DNA from: Ignavibacteria bacterium
Lineage (GTDB): Bacteria; Bacteroidota; Ignavibacteria; Kapaibacteriales; Kapaibacteriaceae
Assembly (NCBI GenBank): GCA_040380835.1
Contig: JBEIIK010000001.1
Coordinates: 4,810 to 68,809 of the forward strand
DNA: 64,000 nt
Reading direction: 5' to 3'
This document shows positions 1 through 10,438 of this stretch, one piece after another (the first letter of the stretch is position 1; each line of letters opens with the position of its first letter). The notes beneath the pieces are model-generated. The model was not told the DNA's origin. It did not search any database and worked only from the letters and a program-made list of their open reading frames with translations. The translations under genes were made by a program, and so were the position numbers.

Positions 1-2
1 CA

Positions 3-953
3 ATGCACACCACCATCGCTATCATCGGTTCCGGACCCGCCGGTTTTACCGCCGCTCTTTACGCCAGCCGGGCCAACCTAGCGGTTACGATCTTTGAAGG
101 CACGCAGCCTGGCGGTCAGCTTACCATCACCACTGAAGTCGAGAATTATCCGGGCTTTGAACACGGTATCATGGGGCCGGAGCTCATGGAAGTGTTCCGG
201 AAGCAGGCTCACCGTTTCGGAGCCGTTTCGCGCTACGAGATGATCACGTCGGTGGACTTCTCGGTTCGCCCCTTTGCCCTGACGAATGAACGGGGAGAGG
301 TAACCACAGCAGATGCCGTGATCGTGGCCACCGGTGCCACGGCAAAGCTTCTCGGCGCTCCCGGAGAGACCGAATACATGGGATATGGCGTCAGCGCTTG
401 TGCCACGTGTGACGGATTCTTCTTCCGCGGACAGCGGGTGTTTGTTGTCGGTGGGGGAGACACGGCCATGGAGGAGGCCAACTACCTTACGCGCTTTGCC
501 GAGTCGGTGACCATCGTCCACCGTCGGGAGGAGTTCCGCGCCTCGAAGATCATGCTCGAGAGGGCTCGCAACAACCCAAAGATCTCGTTCCTGCTCAATT
601 GCGTCGTTGAAGAATACGTTGGAATTACGACTGATGCAGGCATGAAAAAGCTTACTCACTTGCGCCTACGCGACGTTGTCAGTGGTGATCTGCGGGATAT
701 TGAAGCTGACGGTGCCTTTGTGGCCATCGGTCATCAGCCCAATACGCATCTATTCAGCGGGCTACTGGATATGGACGACGTCGGCTACATCCAGACCGTC
801 GGTAAGTCCTCCATAACCAACATTTCGGGTGTGTTTGCCTGCGGAGACGCCCAGGATAGCGTGTACCGTCAGGCCATAACGGCAGCGGGATCTGGTTGCA
901 TGGCGGCTATCGATGCCGAGCGCTGGCTTGAAGCGCAGCATGGTGCTGCATGA
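3..953 (+). CDS. trxB: thioredoxin-disulfide reductase
   Basis: 316-aa ORF with an FAD-binding GxGxxG (IIGSGPAG), the redox-active CATCDG motif and an NADPH site (VVGGGDTAMEEA). Similarity to TrxB runs full length. Confidence 0.95.
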   Translation: MHTTIAIIGSGPAGFTAALYASRANLAVTIFEGTQPGGQLTITTEVENYPGFEHGIMGPELMEVFRKQAHRFGAVSRYEMITSVDFSVRPFALTNERGEVTTADAVIVATGATAKLLGAPGETEYMGYGVSACATCDGFFFRGQRVFVVGGGDTAMEEANYLTRFAESVTIVHRREEFRASKIMLERARNNPKISFLLNCVVEEYVGITTDAGMKKLTHLRLRDVVSGDLRDIEADGAFVAIGHQPNTHLFSGLLDMDDVGYIQTVGKSSITNISGVFACGDAQDSVYRQAITAAGSGCMAAIDAERWLEAQHGAA

Positions 954-962
954 GGCGCTCGT

Positions 963-2552
963 CTAGTCGACGATCGAGTACGAAGGCTTGTATTTCTTGA
1001 TGTCCGCGGCAACGGATCTGGCTTCTGCCAGGCTGGAAAAGCCCCAAAGCTTGACGCGGTATCGCGTCTCTCCGGACTCAAGTATCGGCTCAAAATATGC
1101 GTTCAGCTTCCGGTCTTTCCAGAGCTTCAGACGTAGCATCGCCGTTTGCTCGTCGGCTACCTGTTCGACCGTGATCGTGTGGTTGGCTTTGCCATCAACG
1201 AGCATGCGGGCCTCAACCCGGTTGTTTAGCAGCCGTCTGGTGCCGTCATTCTGGAAATAGTAACGGGGCTTGCGGCTTCCTTCAGAACGCAGCACGATCT
1301 GTGATGTCATGACGCCGTTGGCGATCAAGAACGATCTCACCTGGCGGGCACGCTCGAGGGCACGGGCCTCGCTGTTCGGACCAGCGTCGGAGCTGACATG
1401 GCCCGTGAGCTCAATGCTCATCGCAGGATTCTGAGAAAGCACTTCGCTGATCACAAGGAGTGATTGGTAGTAATCACGAAGGTCCGTGTCGGTGGTATCA
1501 CGAAACAGAGCTACGATCGACGGAGACGTCTCGATGGACAAGTCAAGGGGCGTCAGTGAGATCGAGTCCATGATCGGAACTGACGTTGATTCGTCGTCAT
1601 ATCGCAGCCTAAGCCACGGAGTCTCACAATTGACAAAGTCCTGCACGTCAGCCATGACGGCGATCTGGGTTGACCATTTCTGCGAATAAAGTATCTCGCG
1701 AATGATCTCACCGACGGCATCGGTCTCGTCCTGTTCAAGCGAGTAGATCCGACCGCCGGTGGTTGAAGTTATATAGCGAAGGGGATGACCTGCGGCCTCT
1801 AACCCAATACGGATAACAAAAACAGGGATCTTTGCATCACGTGCAAGGCGCACGACATCCATCGTTGTGCTAAAGGGTGTAGCGTTATCGTTTGTCGACG
1901 TAACGATCACCAGGGCTCGGCGCTCAGCGGCACCGGCCAGAAGCCTGCACGCATTCTGGGTGGCCCCGAACAGAGAAGAAAGCCCGTCAGCCGGGGGGAC
2001 GTCCTCGATCTTGAGGACGTTGACCAGATCAGACGGCGGACCCAGCGGCAGGATTGTGCTGAAACCCTGATTGTAGATGCCCATGCCAAAAAGATCCCCG
2101 TCACCAATCCCGGCAAGGCTGCGCTGAAGGCTTAGGGCCACGTCTCGGGTAAGTGTCCCGGAGAGCATCGAATTGTCGCACAGCACATAGAGACTGACCG
2201 AGGCCGGTTTTTCGTCGGGGCGCGCAGCTCGGAGCATGCGCACGGAGTACGATGACGGTGAAGAACCGCGGCACGAAACGTCAGCTGACAATGGTATTCT
2301 GTCAAGCGAGATCGGCAAGAGATTTCCCTCTGCGTCAAGAGCGATCACCGATGCCGTGACCTGACCGGCCACAGACTCGTCAATGCCCATCACGCGCAGC
2401 CGAACAGGCTGGATGGACGGATCCGTCTGCATGCCGCGCAAGAAGGAGCTGCGCGATTCCGAACGGGGAAGTCCGGGTCCGGTTGAGATGTCCTGAGCAA
2501 CACCGACCGTTGAAACCAGCAGGATTGTCAGCAGGAAAATGATGGGGTGCAT
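963..2552 (-). CDS. secreted three-domain envelope protein: vWA-like (degenerate MIDAS), OmpA-like peptidoglycan-binding domain and C-terminal SPOR domain
   Basis: N-terminal signal peptide (MHPIIFLLTILLVSTVGVAQ). The vWA-like core has 'LYVLCDNSMLSG...ALVIVTSTNDN...IPVFVIRIG'. The OmpA_C motif is 'ELTGHVSSDAGPNSEARALERARQVRSFLIANGV...RSEGSRKP'. The SPOR-like tail is 'YRVKLWGFSSLAEARSVAADIKKY'. Confidence 0.7.
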   Translation of the reverse strand: MHPIIFLLTILLVSTVGVAQDISTGPGLPRSESRSSFLRGMQTDPSIQPVRLRVMGIDESVAGQVTASVIALDAEGNLLPISLDRIPLSADVSCRGSSPSSYSVRMLRAARPDEKPASVSLYVLCDNSMLSGTLTRDVALSLQRSLAGIGDGDLFGMGIYNQGFSTILPLGPPSDLVNVLKIEDVPPADGLSSLFGATQNACRLLAGAAERRALVIVTSTNDNATPFSTTMDVVRLARDAKIPVFVIRIGLEAAGHPLRYITSTTGGRIYSLEQDETDAVGEIIREILYSQKWSTQIAVMADVQDFVNCETPWLRLRYDDESTSVPIMDSISLTPLDLSIETSPSIVALFRDTTDTDLRDYYQSLLVISEVLSQNPAMSIELTGHVSSDAGPNSEARALERARQVRSFLIANGVMTSQIVLRSEGSRKPRYYFQNDGTRRLLNNRVEARMLVDGKANHTITVEQVADEQTAMLRLKLWKDRKLNAYFEPILESGETRYRVKLWGFSSLAEARSVAADIKKYKPSYSIVD

Positions 2553-2560
2553 AATGTCCG

Positions 2561-3907
<1,347 letters not shown>

Positions 3908-4054
3908 AGTTTGTGACCGTCTGTTGTGTACATGAACGACCCCCGAAGACGAATCTGGGCCAACTATATGATACTGCAGCATATGTCACGCCGATGTAGC
4001 GATGATCGGCACAGTGCGTATTTTGGTGCGTTCTTTTTCCGAAGGAAGTGCCCC

Positions 4055-4747
4055 ATGGACCCACTGCTGCGATTGGTGATCATCATCGTTCAGAGCTATC
4101 TGATCGGTGCCATACCGTTTGCGCTGATCATCGGAAGGGTGTTCTACGGCGTTGACGTGCGCACCTTGGGCAGCGGTAATCTTGGCAGCACCAATGTCTA
4201 TCGCAACCTTGGCTGGAAGCCCGGAGTTGCCGTGCAGATCCTTGATATTGCCAAGGGGCTTTTACCCGTGCTTCTGGTTGCATCGTTCTTCGATACACAG
4301 ATGCCATTTGAGAACCGCACCCCCTTTGAGGATTCGACCGTTGTTCGTCTGATCGCAGGCGTTACGGCCGTGGTCGGACACATGTGGAGCGTCTTCGCCG
4401 GATTTCGTGGTGGCAAGGGGATCAACACATCGATGGGCATGCTCGTGGCCGTGGCTCCGGTAGAACTTGCCATCGCTTTCGGAGTGTTTCTTCTGCTGAT
4501 CGGATTCTTTGGATATGTCTCGCTCGGATCAATGGTGGCTGCTATGGTGATACCTGTGACGATGTTCATCCGGCGGAACGTACTGAACGTCGAGATCGAC
4601 GGATATCTTACACTGATATGCTTTCTGATCGCCCTGTCTGTGATGGTCCTTTATGCTCACAGGTCAAATCTGCAGCGGCTTGTCGAAGGGACCGAACACC
4701 GATTCCCGAGGCTGATGGTCCTTCGTCGTAAGCACGAGCATCCATGA
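4055..4747 (+). CDS. plsY: glycerol-3-phosphate acyltransferase PlsY
   Basis: Polytopic membrane protein with 'IGAIPFALIIG' and the 'GSGNLGSTN' motif. I trimmed the start to ATG 4055 (MDPLLRL), which is preceded by GAAGGAAG. ATGA overlap with gpsA. Confidence 0.9.
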   Translation: MDPLLRLVIIIVQSYLIGAIPFALIIGRVFYGVDVRTLGSGNLGSTNVYRNLGWKPGVAVQILDIAKGLLPVLLVASFFDTQMPFENRTPFEDSTVVRLIAGVTAVVGHMWSVFAGFRGGKGINTSMGMLVAVAPVELAIAFGVFLLLIGFFGYVSLGSMVAAMVIPVTMFIRRNVLNVEIDGYLTLICFLIALSVMVLYAHRSNLQRLVEGTEHRFPRLMVLRRKHEHP

Positions 4748-5721
4748 CGGTTGGTGTTCTCGGTGCCGGTGCCTGGGGTACGGCAATTGCTTCCGTTGTG
4801 GCTCAAAACTGCCCGTCGGTTCTGCTCTGGGCACGTGAACCGGATGTCGTAAATGAGATCAATTCCCGGCACACCAACGAGCGGTTCCTTCCCGGTGCGT
4901 GCTTGCCGGATTCTGTCCGGGCAACCACCAAGGTTGCCGAGTTGAGCGGTCTGGATGTGATTATCAACGCAACGCCGACGCAGTTTGTGCGATCGACAAT
5001 CACGAACGATCTCTGCCGCGATGCCGTAGTGGTCAACCTTGCCAAGGGTATCGAACGTGGAACGCACCTGCGTGTTTCTGAGGTGGTTGAGCACATCGCC
5101 CCCTCGAAGAGATCCTACGTAGTGGTTTCAGGACCAAGTCATGCCGAAGAGGTTGTCCGCGGCATGCCGACGACCGTCGTCTGCGCCGGACGGGACAAAG
5201 ACGTTGTTGCCAGTATTCAGCGTCTGATGATGCTTCCAACTTTTCGCGTCTATGCCAGCGACGATGTTGTTGGTGTGGAGATCGGCGGAGCTCTGAAGAA
5301 TGTGATCGCCATTGCGGCAGGTATTGTTGACGGTCTTGGTATGGGCGATAACACGAAGGCTGCCCTGATCACTAGGGGGCTGGCGGAGATCACCCGGCTT
5401 GGTGTGGCTTTGGGAGCCGATCCTCAGACCTTCTTCGGCCTGGCCGGACTCGGTGACCTCTTCGTGACGTGCACGTCACGGCACTCGCGCAACCGTGCCG
5501 TGGGCGAACGCATCGGTCGTGGCGAAACCCTTGAGCAGATCCTGAAAACAATGTCTGCCGTTGCCGAGGGTGTGCCCACGACGCAGGCCGCGCTCGAACT
5601 GGCTGCTGCCGTGGGTTTAGAACTTCCGATCACCGAGCGCGTGGCAGACATCCTCTGGAACAATGCAGACGCCGAACAGGCCGTGCGAATGCTCATGATG
5701 CGTCCTGCACGCGACGAGTGA
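4744..5721 (+). CDS. gpsA: NAD(P)H-dependent glycerol-3-phosphate dehydrogenase
   Basis: NAD-binding 'VLGAGAWGTA', plus 'NLAKGIE' and 'GGALKNVIAIAAG'. Forms the classic plsY-gpsA pair. Confidence 0.93.
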   Translation: MTVGVLGAGAWGTAIASVVAQNCPSVLLWAREPDVVNEINSRHTNERFLPGACLPDSVRATTKVAELSGLDVIINATPTQFVRSTITNDLCRDAVVVNLAKGIERGTHLRVSEVVEHIAPSKRSYVVVSGPSHAEEVVRGMPTTVVCAGRDKDVVASIQRLMMLPTFRVYASDDVVGVEIGGALKNVIAIAAGIVDGLGMGDNTKAALITRGLAEITRLGVALGADPQTFFGLAGLGDLFVTCTSRHSRNRAVGERIGRGETLEQILKTMSAVAEGVPTTQAALELAAAVGLELPITERVADILWNNADAEQAVRMLMMRPARDE

Positions 5722-5743
5722 CAGACACAACATCGGCCAACCC

Positions 5744-5956
5744 TCAGAGAACGTCTTCGCCTCCAAGTGTGCGGACCTTGAGTTCGGCCTTCTCGAGGTA
5801 GGTCCGGCATGACTCGGCAAGTTTCATACCCTCTTCGAACAGATTCAGTTGCTGGTCGATCGGCGCATCGCCACGGTCGAGCAGCGCTGCGATCTCTTCC
5901 AGGCGCTTGAGCTGTTCTTCGAGCGACTTCGGTGCGGTTGCTTTTGCGGCAGCCAT
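5744..5956 (-). CDS. xseB: exodeoxyribonuclease VII small subunit
   Basis: About 70 aa from ATG 5956: 'SLEEQLKRLEEIAALLDRGDAPIDQQLNLFEEGMKLAESC'. Lies immediately downstream of xseA. Confidence 0.85.
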   Translation of the reverse strand: MAAAKATAPKSLEEQLKRLEEIAALLDRGDAPIDQQLNLFEEGMKLAESCRTYLEKAELKVRTLGGEDVL

Positions 5957-5960
5957 AGTG

Positions 5961-7169
5961 CTATCCAGTTTGAGTGTCGGTAGAATGTGTTTCGTTAACC
6001 GTTGCCCGGACGACATCGTGCTGACGTATGATGTCGATCACCTCGCCCGGAATCAGGCTTGCGCCGGCGTTGAGAACTTTTCCATTTCGTTCAAGGACGG
6101 CATAGCCTCGTTGCAGGGGGGCCAACGGGTGTAGGCTAGTAAGCAGCGTCATGGTATGTTCAGTACGCATGCGTCGCAGTTGAATGCTCTGCATCATAGC
6201 GCGACTGGTACGCGTGGTGAGGTCGTCGATTCGCTGCGAGCGCAGATGGACTCGTTCGGCAAGACGTCTTGCGGCACGGCCGTCAATAAAGGCCAGGACC
6301 ATCTGCCTCAGACTGACGACGGATGATTCGACATCGAGGATCATCCGCCGGCGAATCTCGGCGATCCCCTCGATCAGGTCTTGCATCGTCACGGGGGTGA
6401 TGAGTTCGGCCGCTGCCGTCGGCGTCGGTGCTCGAAGGTCGGCCACGAAGTCGGAGATCGTCACATCCGTTTCATGCCCGACGGCGGAGATCACCGGAGC
6501 GTGACTGCCAAGAATGGCGTTGGCCACGATCTCTGTGTTAAAGCACCAGAGGTCTTCCAGCGAGCCCCCTCCTCGGCCGATGATAACAACATCAACGTTC
6601 TCTGCGTTGAGCTCGTCGATGGCCTGGGCGATATCACGTGAGGCCTGCTCGCCCCCTTGGACGATAGTTGGACGGAAGACCACTTCCAAGGCCGGGAATC
6701 GACGTTGCAGGGTGGTGAGCATGTCACGGATCACAGCGCCAGTGGCCGAGGTGGCGATTCCGACACGTCGTACCGGACGTGGCAGGGGGCGTTTGCGGGC
6801 AACGTCGAAGTAGCCAAGATTCATGAGCTTTTCGCGCAGCTGCTCAAAGGCACGGTGAAGATCACCCACACCCTCGGGTTGCATCGACATGCAGTCGATC
6901 TGGTACTTGCCCTGCGGAGCGAACACACTCAGGCGTCCATGAACCACTACGCGCATCCCGTCCTGGGGAACGAATCTGAGTTGACGCGTCTTCCACATCA
7001 CACCGGCGATCTGGGCATCGGCATCCTTGAGTGTAAAGTAGCGATGCCCCGAGCTGTGATGCTTGTAGTTGGAGATCTCACCGATGACCGAGATCTGACC
7101 GATGCCGGTTTCGAGGAGCCCCTTGATGGCATAGGTCAGTTCCGAGACGCTGATGGGTTGCTCATTCAT
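5961..7169 (-). CDS. xseA: exodeoxyribonuclease VII large subunit
   Basis: N-terminal OB-fold region ('VSELTYAIKGLLE...ISVIGEISN') and 'IGRGGGSLEDLWCFN'. I prefer the start at ATG 7169 (MNEQPISV); the alternative is ATG 7214. Confidence 0.9.
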   Translation of the reverse strand: MNEQPISVSELTYAIKGLLETGIGQISVIGEISNYKHHSSGHRYFTLKDADAQIAGVMWKTRQLRFVPQDGMRVVVHGRLSVFAPQGKYQIDCMSMQPEGVGDLHRAFEQLREKLMNLGYFDVARKRPLPRPVRRVGIATSATGAVIRDMLTTLQRRFPALEVVFRPTIVQGGEQASRDIAQAIDELNAENVDVVIIGRGGGSLEDLWCFNTEIVANAILGSHAPVISAVGHETDVTISDFVADLRAPTPTAAAELITPVTMQDLIEGIAEIRRRMILDVESSVVSLRQMVLAFIDGRAARRLAERVHLRSQRIDDLTTRTSRAMMQSIQLRRMRTEHTMTLLTSLHPLAPLQRGYAVLERNGKVLNAGASLIPGEVIDIIRQHDVVRATVNETHSTDTQTG

Positions 7170-7212
7170 GTGACACAAAGATCGACATTCGCCGCAGACC
7201 GTAAATTGCGAC

Positions 7213-7683
7213 ATGGTAGGATTTGGTTTTGACGTCCATCGTCTCGAGCCCGGCCGCCCCCTGATCCTCGGGGGCGTTGATATCCCGTCACCCCATGGCA
7301 GCGTGGCCCATAGTGATGGTGATGTGATCTTTCATGCGCTTGTCGATGCACTGCTGGGTGCTTTGGCACTCGGAGATATCGGAGAGCATTTTCCGGATAC
7401 CGATCCCCGATGGAAGGGGGCTGCGAGCGCACTGTTCGTCGAACACGCCGTGGAGTTAGTCCGTAGCTCGGGTCATCGCATCATCAATGTTGACTGCACG
7501 CTGGTGCTCGAGTCACCGAAGATTCTGCCATTCAAGATGCAGATGCGCCAGAATATCGCCCGCCTTTGCGGACTGCCACTGGAACGGGTCGCCGTTAAGG
7601 CTACCACCAGTGAGCGCATGGGATACGTCGGCCGTCGCGAAGGAGTGCATGCATTTGTTGTATGTGAAGTTCAGCCTGCATGA
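7213..7683 (+). CDS. ispF: 2-C-methyl-D-erythritol 2,4-cyclodiphosphate synthase
   Basis: 156 aa with 'GFGFDVHRL', 'HSDGDVIFHALVDALLGA' and 'GDIGEHFPDTDPRWKG'. Confidence 0.95.
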   Translation: MVGFGFDVHRLEPGRPLILGGVDIPSPHGSVAHSDGDVIFHALVDALLGALALGDIGEHFPDTDPRWKGAASALFVEHAVELVRSSGHRIINVDCTLVLESPKILPFKMQMRQNIARLCGLPLERVAVKATTSERMGYVGRREGVHAFVVCEVQPA

Positions 7684-9971
7684 GAGGTATTCTGACCGCT
7701 GTGCTGTTTGTGGTCAATGTGCCTATGCTGCATGCGGACGCAGGTGAACCCCTGCGTCTTTCCCGTGTATGCGCCGTTGCAGGATTCCTCAAGGTATCAA
7801 GCAGAGATACCGCACAATGCATGGCAATCTATCCGCGTCCAGCCTGGGAGGCTTCAACGCCCACGTTGGCGGTATCGACTGCCGGCACAGGATCACTGCG
7901 GGAATGCGCCTCGGATCTCGACATTCTAGACGCCGCCTACTGGCGCGGTCACATCATTCTGCTGCATCGGCAGCGGGCGGCTTTGCACGTGCGGCTGCTA
8001 AGCCTTGATGGACAGCGGATTATCGCCGATGCATTGCTGCCACGGACCTCGGACGAAGAGAGCCGTCAGGCAGGTGCCCCGTCATCCGGCCGTTTGATCG
8101 TTTCGAAAGATGAATCCTCGGCCATTGTGCTGGCCGATGGTCTTCTGTGCAGATTGCAGCTCGCCGGCTCCAACCTTGCCTTTACAGCAATCGAAGAACG
8201 GGTTACCTCGGCCGGCCACGTCCGCGTAGATTCGAGGCCGGGTCTTGTCTTCACATATCGTGTTGGAAGCTCGGCCTACGTTGCTCTTGCCGACACCGCA
8301 TTACATATCCTGCTGTCGGGTATTGTTCCACTGACAGAGGTCAGCAGGATCGAACAGATCGCAGATCTCGCGATCTTGTATTCTGGCCTGGGTGATGCCG
8401 GCGGGAGCATGGTCACGGTGCTCAATCTTCGCACGCGTTCCACCTCAACTCGCACTCTTCCAGTCGAAGCCAGCAGAGTAGCGGCGCTGATGGTTGATTC
8501 AATCCCCAAACTTGCGCTTCTGACCTCCCGAAGCGGACATGCCGAGGTTGTCTTTCTGCCCCTTTCGAGTTCACTTGAAAAAATCCCTGCCGGTATGCTG
8601 ATCCCGGGTGATTACGGATCTCCTTTGCTGCTTCGAGCTTTCGGAGATACCGTGGTCGCTGTCTTCAGCGCAGGTGTTGCCATGGTCAAAGCCGACGGAC
8701 ATTTGTTGTCCCGTGATGCGATGCCGATGTCATGTCCTGCAAGCTCGGAGATCCAATCTGTCAAGGGGCTTCTGTCGGTTAGCTCGCCGATGCACTCGGT
8801 TGTTCTGCGACTGCGGGATCAACCCTTGTGGTTTTTCTGGCAGTCATGGGATACGCTGTTGCGTTACGTGATCCCGCTCCTGTTTGTCATCAGCATGGCT
8901 TCACTGCTGTTTTTGTATCGCCGTCAGCGGCGATTTCTTGAGGCCATAATCGACACTCCAGGTGCAGGAATCGTTCTCTTTATCGATGCCAACGGCCGTC
9001 TCGTCAGAGTCAATGACCGTGCGGCGGCGGCATTGAGAATCACGACCGATGTACCCATGGGACGCATGTTCGAGTCGTACACGCAGCAGCCCGGGCTCGA
9101 GCAACTCCGTCAGTTTATCGATCGAGTGCGGCATTCGCGGGAGTCGCACACCGAGAGGATCACCACAACACGCAGCGATGATCAGCGCGAATACATGGTC
9201 AGTTCAACACCTATCGTAGGAACACTGGGGTCGGTCAAAGGAATGTTGTTTGCCGGTATAGACATCACCGAAACACTCGAGCAGCGCCGTCTGGTGAACT
9301 GGGCTCAGCTGGCACATGACATGCAGACCAACCTCTCGACCATCCGGCTCAATGCCGAGCAGTTCAAAGGAGACTCGAAAGGTGGGGATGATGAGCGGCG
9401 CCGACGGATACTCTTTCAGGTTGGCGTCCTTATCGACAGGGTGCGAGATCTTCTCGGCGTGGCACGTTCGGACGTCTTTCAGCGTTCTTCGGTTCACAGT
9501 GCAGAGCTATGCACCGAGGTCCGTCACGAGTTTGATCCAGCGATGTTTCCGCATGTGACCTTTTCAATGAAGCTGCGTGGTACATTGATGCAGGCCGATC
9601 GGATGAAGCTCTCACGTGCCGTGCGAAATGCTGTTGAAAATGCAATTAAAGCACTTAGGGGGCAGCCGGGTGTGGTGGAGATCGCCACGTGGTTTGATCG
9701 CACAAATGTCTTCATCTCGGTCAGCGATACCGGCGTGGGAATGGATCCTGAAACAATGGCCAACATGATGAAGCCGTACTTCAGTACCTCATCTGATGGC
9801 TCGGGTCATGGCATCGGTACGATGATCATGCATCACGTCACCAAGCTGCACGGCGGAACAATCCGTGTGACGAGTGATCCGGGCAAGGGAACTCAGGTGG
9901 TGTTTCGTATTCCGCACGGTATGGAGCCCAAAGAAAAGATCCGCTCTGTCCTTGGTGAGCGTGTCGCATGA
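7680..9971 (+). CDS. sensor histidine kinase with a large N-terminal extracytoplasmic domain, one TM segment and a PAS-like region
   Basis: H-box 'LAHDMQTNLSTIRL', N-box 'AVRNAVENAIKA', G1 'SDTGVGMD' and G2 'GSGHGIGTMIM'. TM segment 'YVIPLLFVISMASLLFLY' sits at about aa 400. ATGA overlaps with ispF upstream and ruvX downstream. No response regulator is nearby. Confidence 0.85.
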   Translation: MRGILTAVLFVVNVPMLHADAGEPLRLSRVCAVAGFLKVSSRDTAQCMAIYPRPAWEASTPTLAVSTAGTGSLRECASDLDILDAAYWRGHIILLHRQRAALHVRLLSLDGQRIIADALLPRTSDEESRQAGAPSSGRLIVSKDESSAIVLADGLLCRLQLAGSNLAFTAIEERVTSAGHVRVDSRPGLVFTYRVGSSAYVALADTALHILLSGIVPLTEVSRIEQIADLAILYSGLGDAGGSMVTVLNLRTRSTSTRTLPVEASRVAALMVDSIPKLALLTSRSGHAEVVFLPLSSSLEKIPAGMLIPGDYGSPLLLRAFGDTVVAVFSAGVAMVKADGHLLSRDAMPMSCPASSEIQSVKGLLSVSSPMHSVVLRLRDQPLWFFWQSWDTLLRYVIPLLFVISMASLLFLYRRQRRFLEAIIDTPGAGIVLFIDANGRLVRVNDRAAAALRITTDVPMGRMFESYTQQPGLEQLRQFIDRVRHSRESHTERITTTRSDDQREYMVSSTPIVGTLGSVKGMLFAGIDITETLEQRRLVNWAQLAHDMQTNLSTIRLNAEQFKGDSKGGDDERRRRILFQVGVLIDRVRDLLGVARSDVFQRSSVHSAELCTEVRHEFDPAMFPHVTFSMKLRGTLMQADRMKLSRAVRNAVENAIKALRGQPGVVEIATWFDRTNVFISVSDTGVGMDPETMANMMKPYFSTSSDGSGHGIGTMIMHHVTKLHGGTIRVTSDPGKGTQVVFRIPHGMEPKEKIRSVLGERVA

Positions 9972-10438
9972 GCGATCAGGAACGGGCTTCACTGCATGGT
10001 AAGCGAGTCATGGCGCTCGACTTCGGACTGCGTCGAATAGGCGTGGCCGTCTGTGACGAGCTTCACATTCTCGTTTCCACACGTCCGGTCCTGGAGAATA
10101 CACCCGAGGTGCTCGCCCGTCTTGACAAGCTCGTCGAGCGCGAACGTTGCGATGCACTCGTCATCGGCGTTCCGCGTCATCATGACGGTCGCAGCACACC
10201 GATTATTCAGGCTGCAGAGGCCTTTATCGAGCAGGTGCGCGGGGCGGTTTCCATCCCCGTTTACGAAGTGGACGAGGCATTCTCTACTCAGCAGGCGCGT
10301 CAGCGTATGATCGGCTCGGGTATGAAAATGAAGCGCAGGCGTCAGCAGGGTGTCAAAGATCAGTTTGCTGCAGCGGTGATCCTTGAAGCTCTGCTCGAAG
10401 AAGTGCGCTCTACCAAGCCTGCGGAGAGACTGTCATGA
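9968..10438 (+). CDS. ruvX: Holliday-junction resolvase-like nuclease / pre-16S rRNA nuclease (YqgF family)
   Basis: 156 aa. 'VMALDFGLRRIGVAVCD' (RNase H-like fold start) and 'DALVIGVP' are typical of YqgF/RuvX. Confidence 0.85.
   Translation: MSDQERASLHGKRVMALDFGLRRIGVAVCDELHILVSTRPVLENTPEVLARLDKLVERERCDALVIGVPRHHDGRSTPIIQAAEAFIEQVRGAVSIPVYEVDEAFSTQQARQRMIGSGMKMKRRRQQGVKDQFAAAVILEALLEEVRSTKPAERLS

Noticed and set aside
3940-3985. A small inverted repeat ATATG-N9-CATAT around a CTGCAG core in the clpB-half/plsY divergent region, as a possible operator or heat-shock element.
   Set aside because: The arms are only 5 bp, there is no resemblance to CIRCE or other known heat-shock operators, and it could easily arise by chance.
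7212-7215. xseA and ispF start codons sharing a CATG palindrome (ATG 7214 on the minus strand, ATG 7213 on the plus strand), implying fully overlapping divergent starts.
   Set aside because: The internal ATG at 7169 ('MNEQPISVSELT') gives a more typical XseA N-terminus and leaves a 43-bp divergent promoter region. The overlap is probably an ORF-calling artefact.
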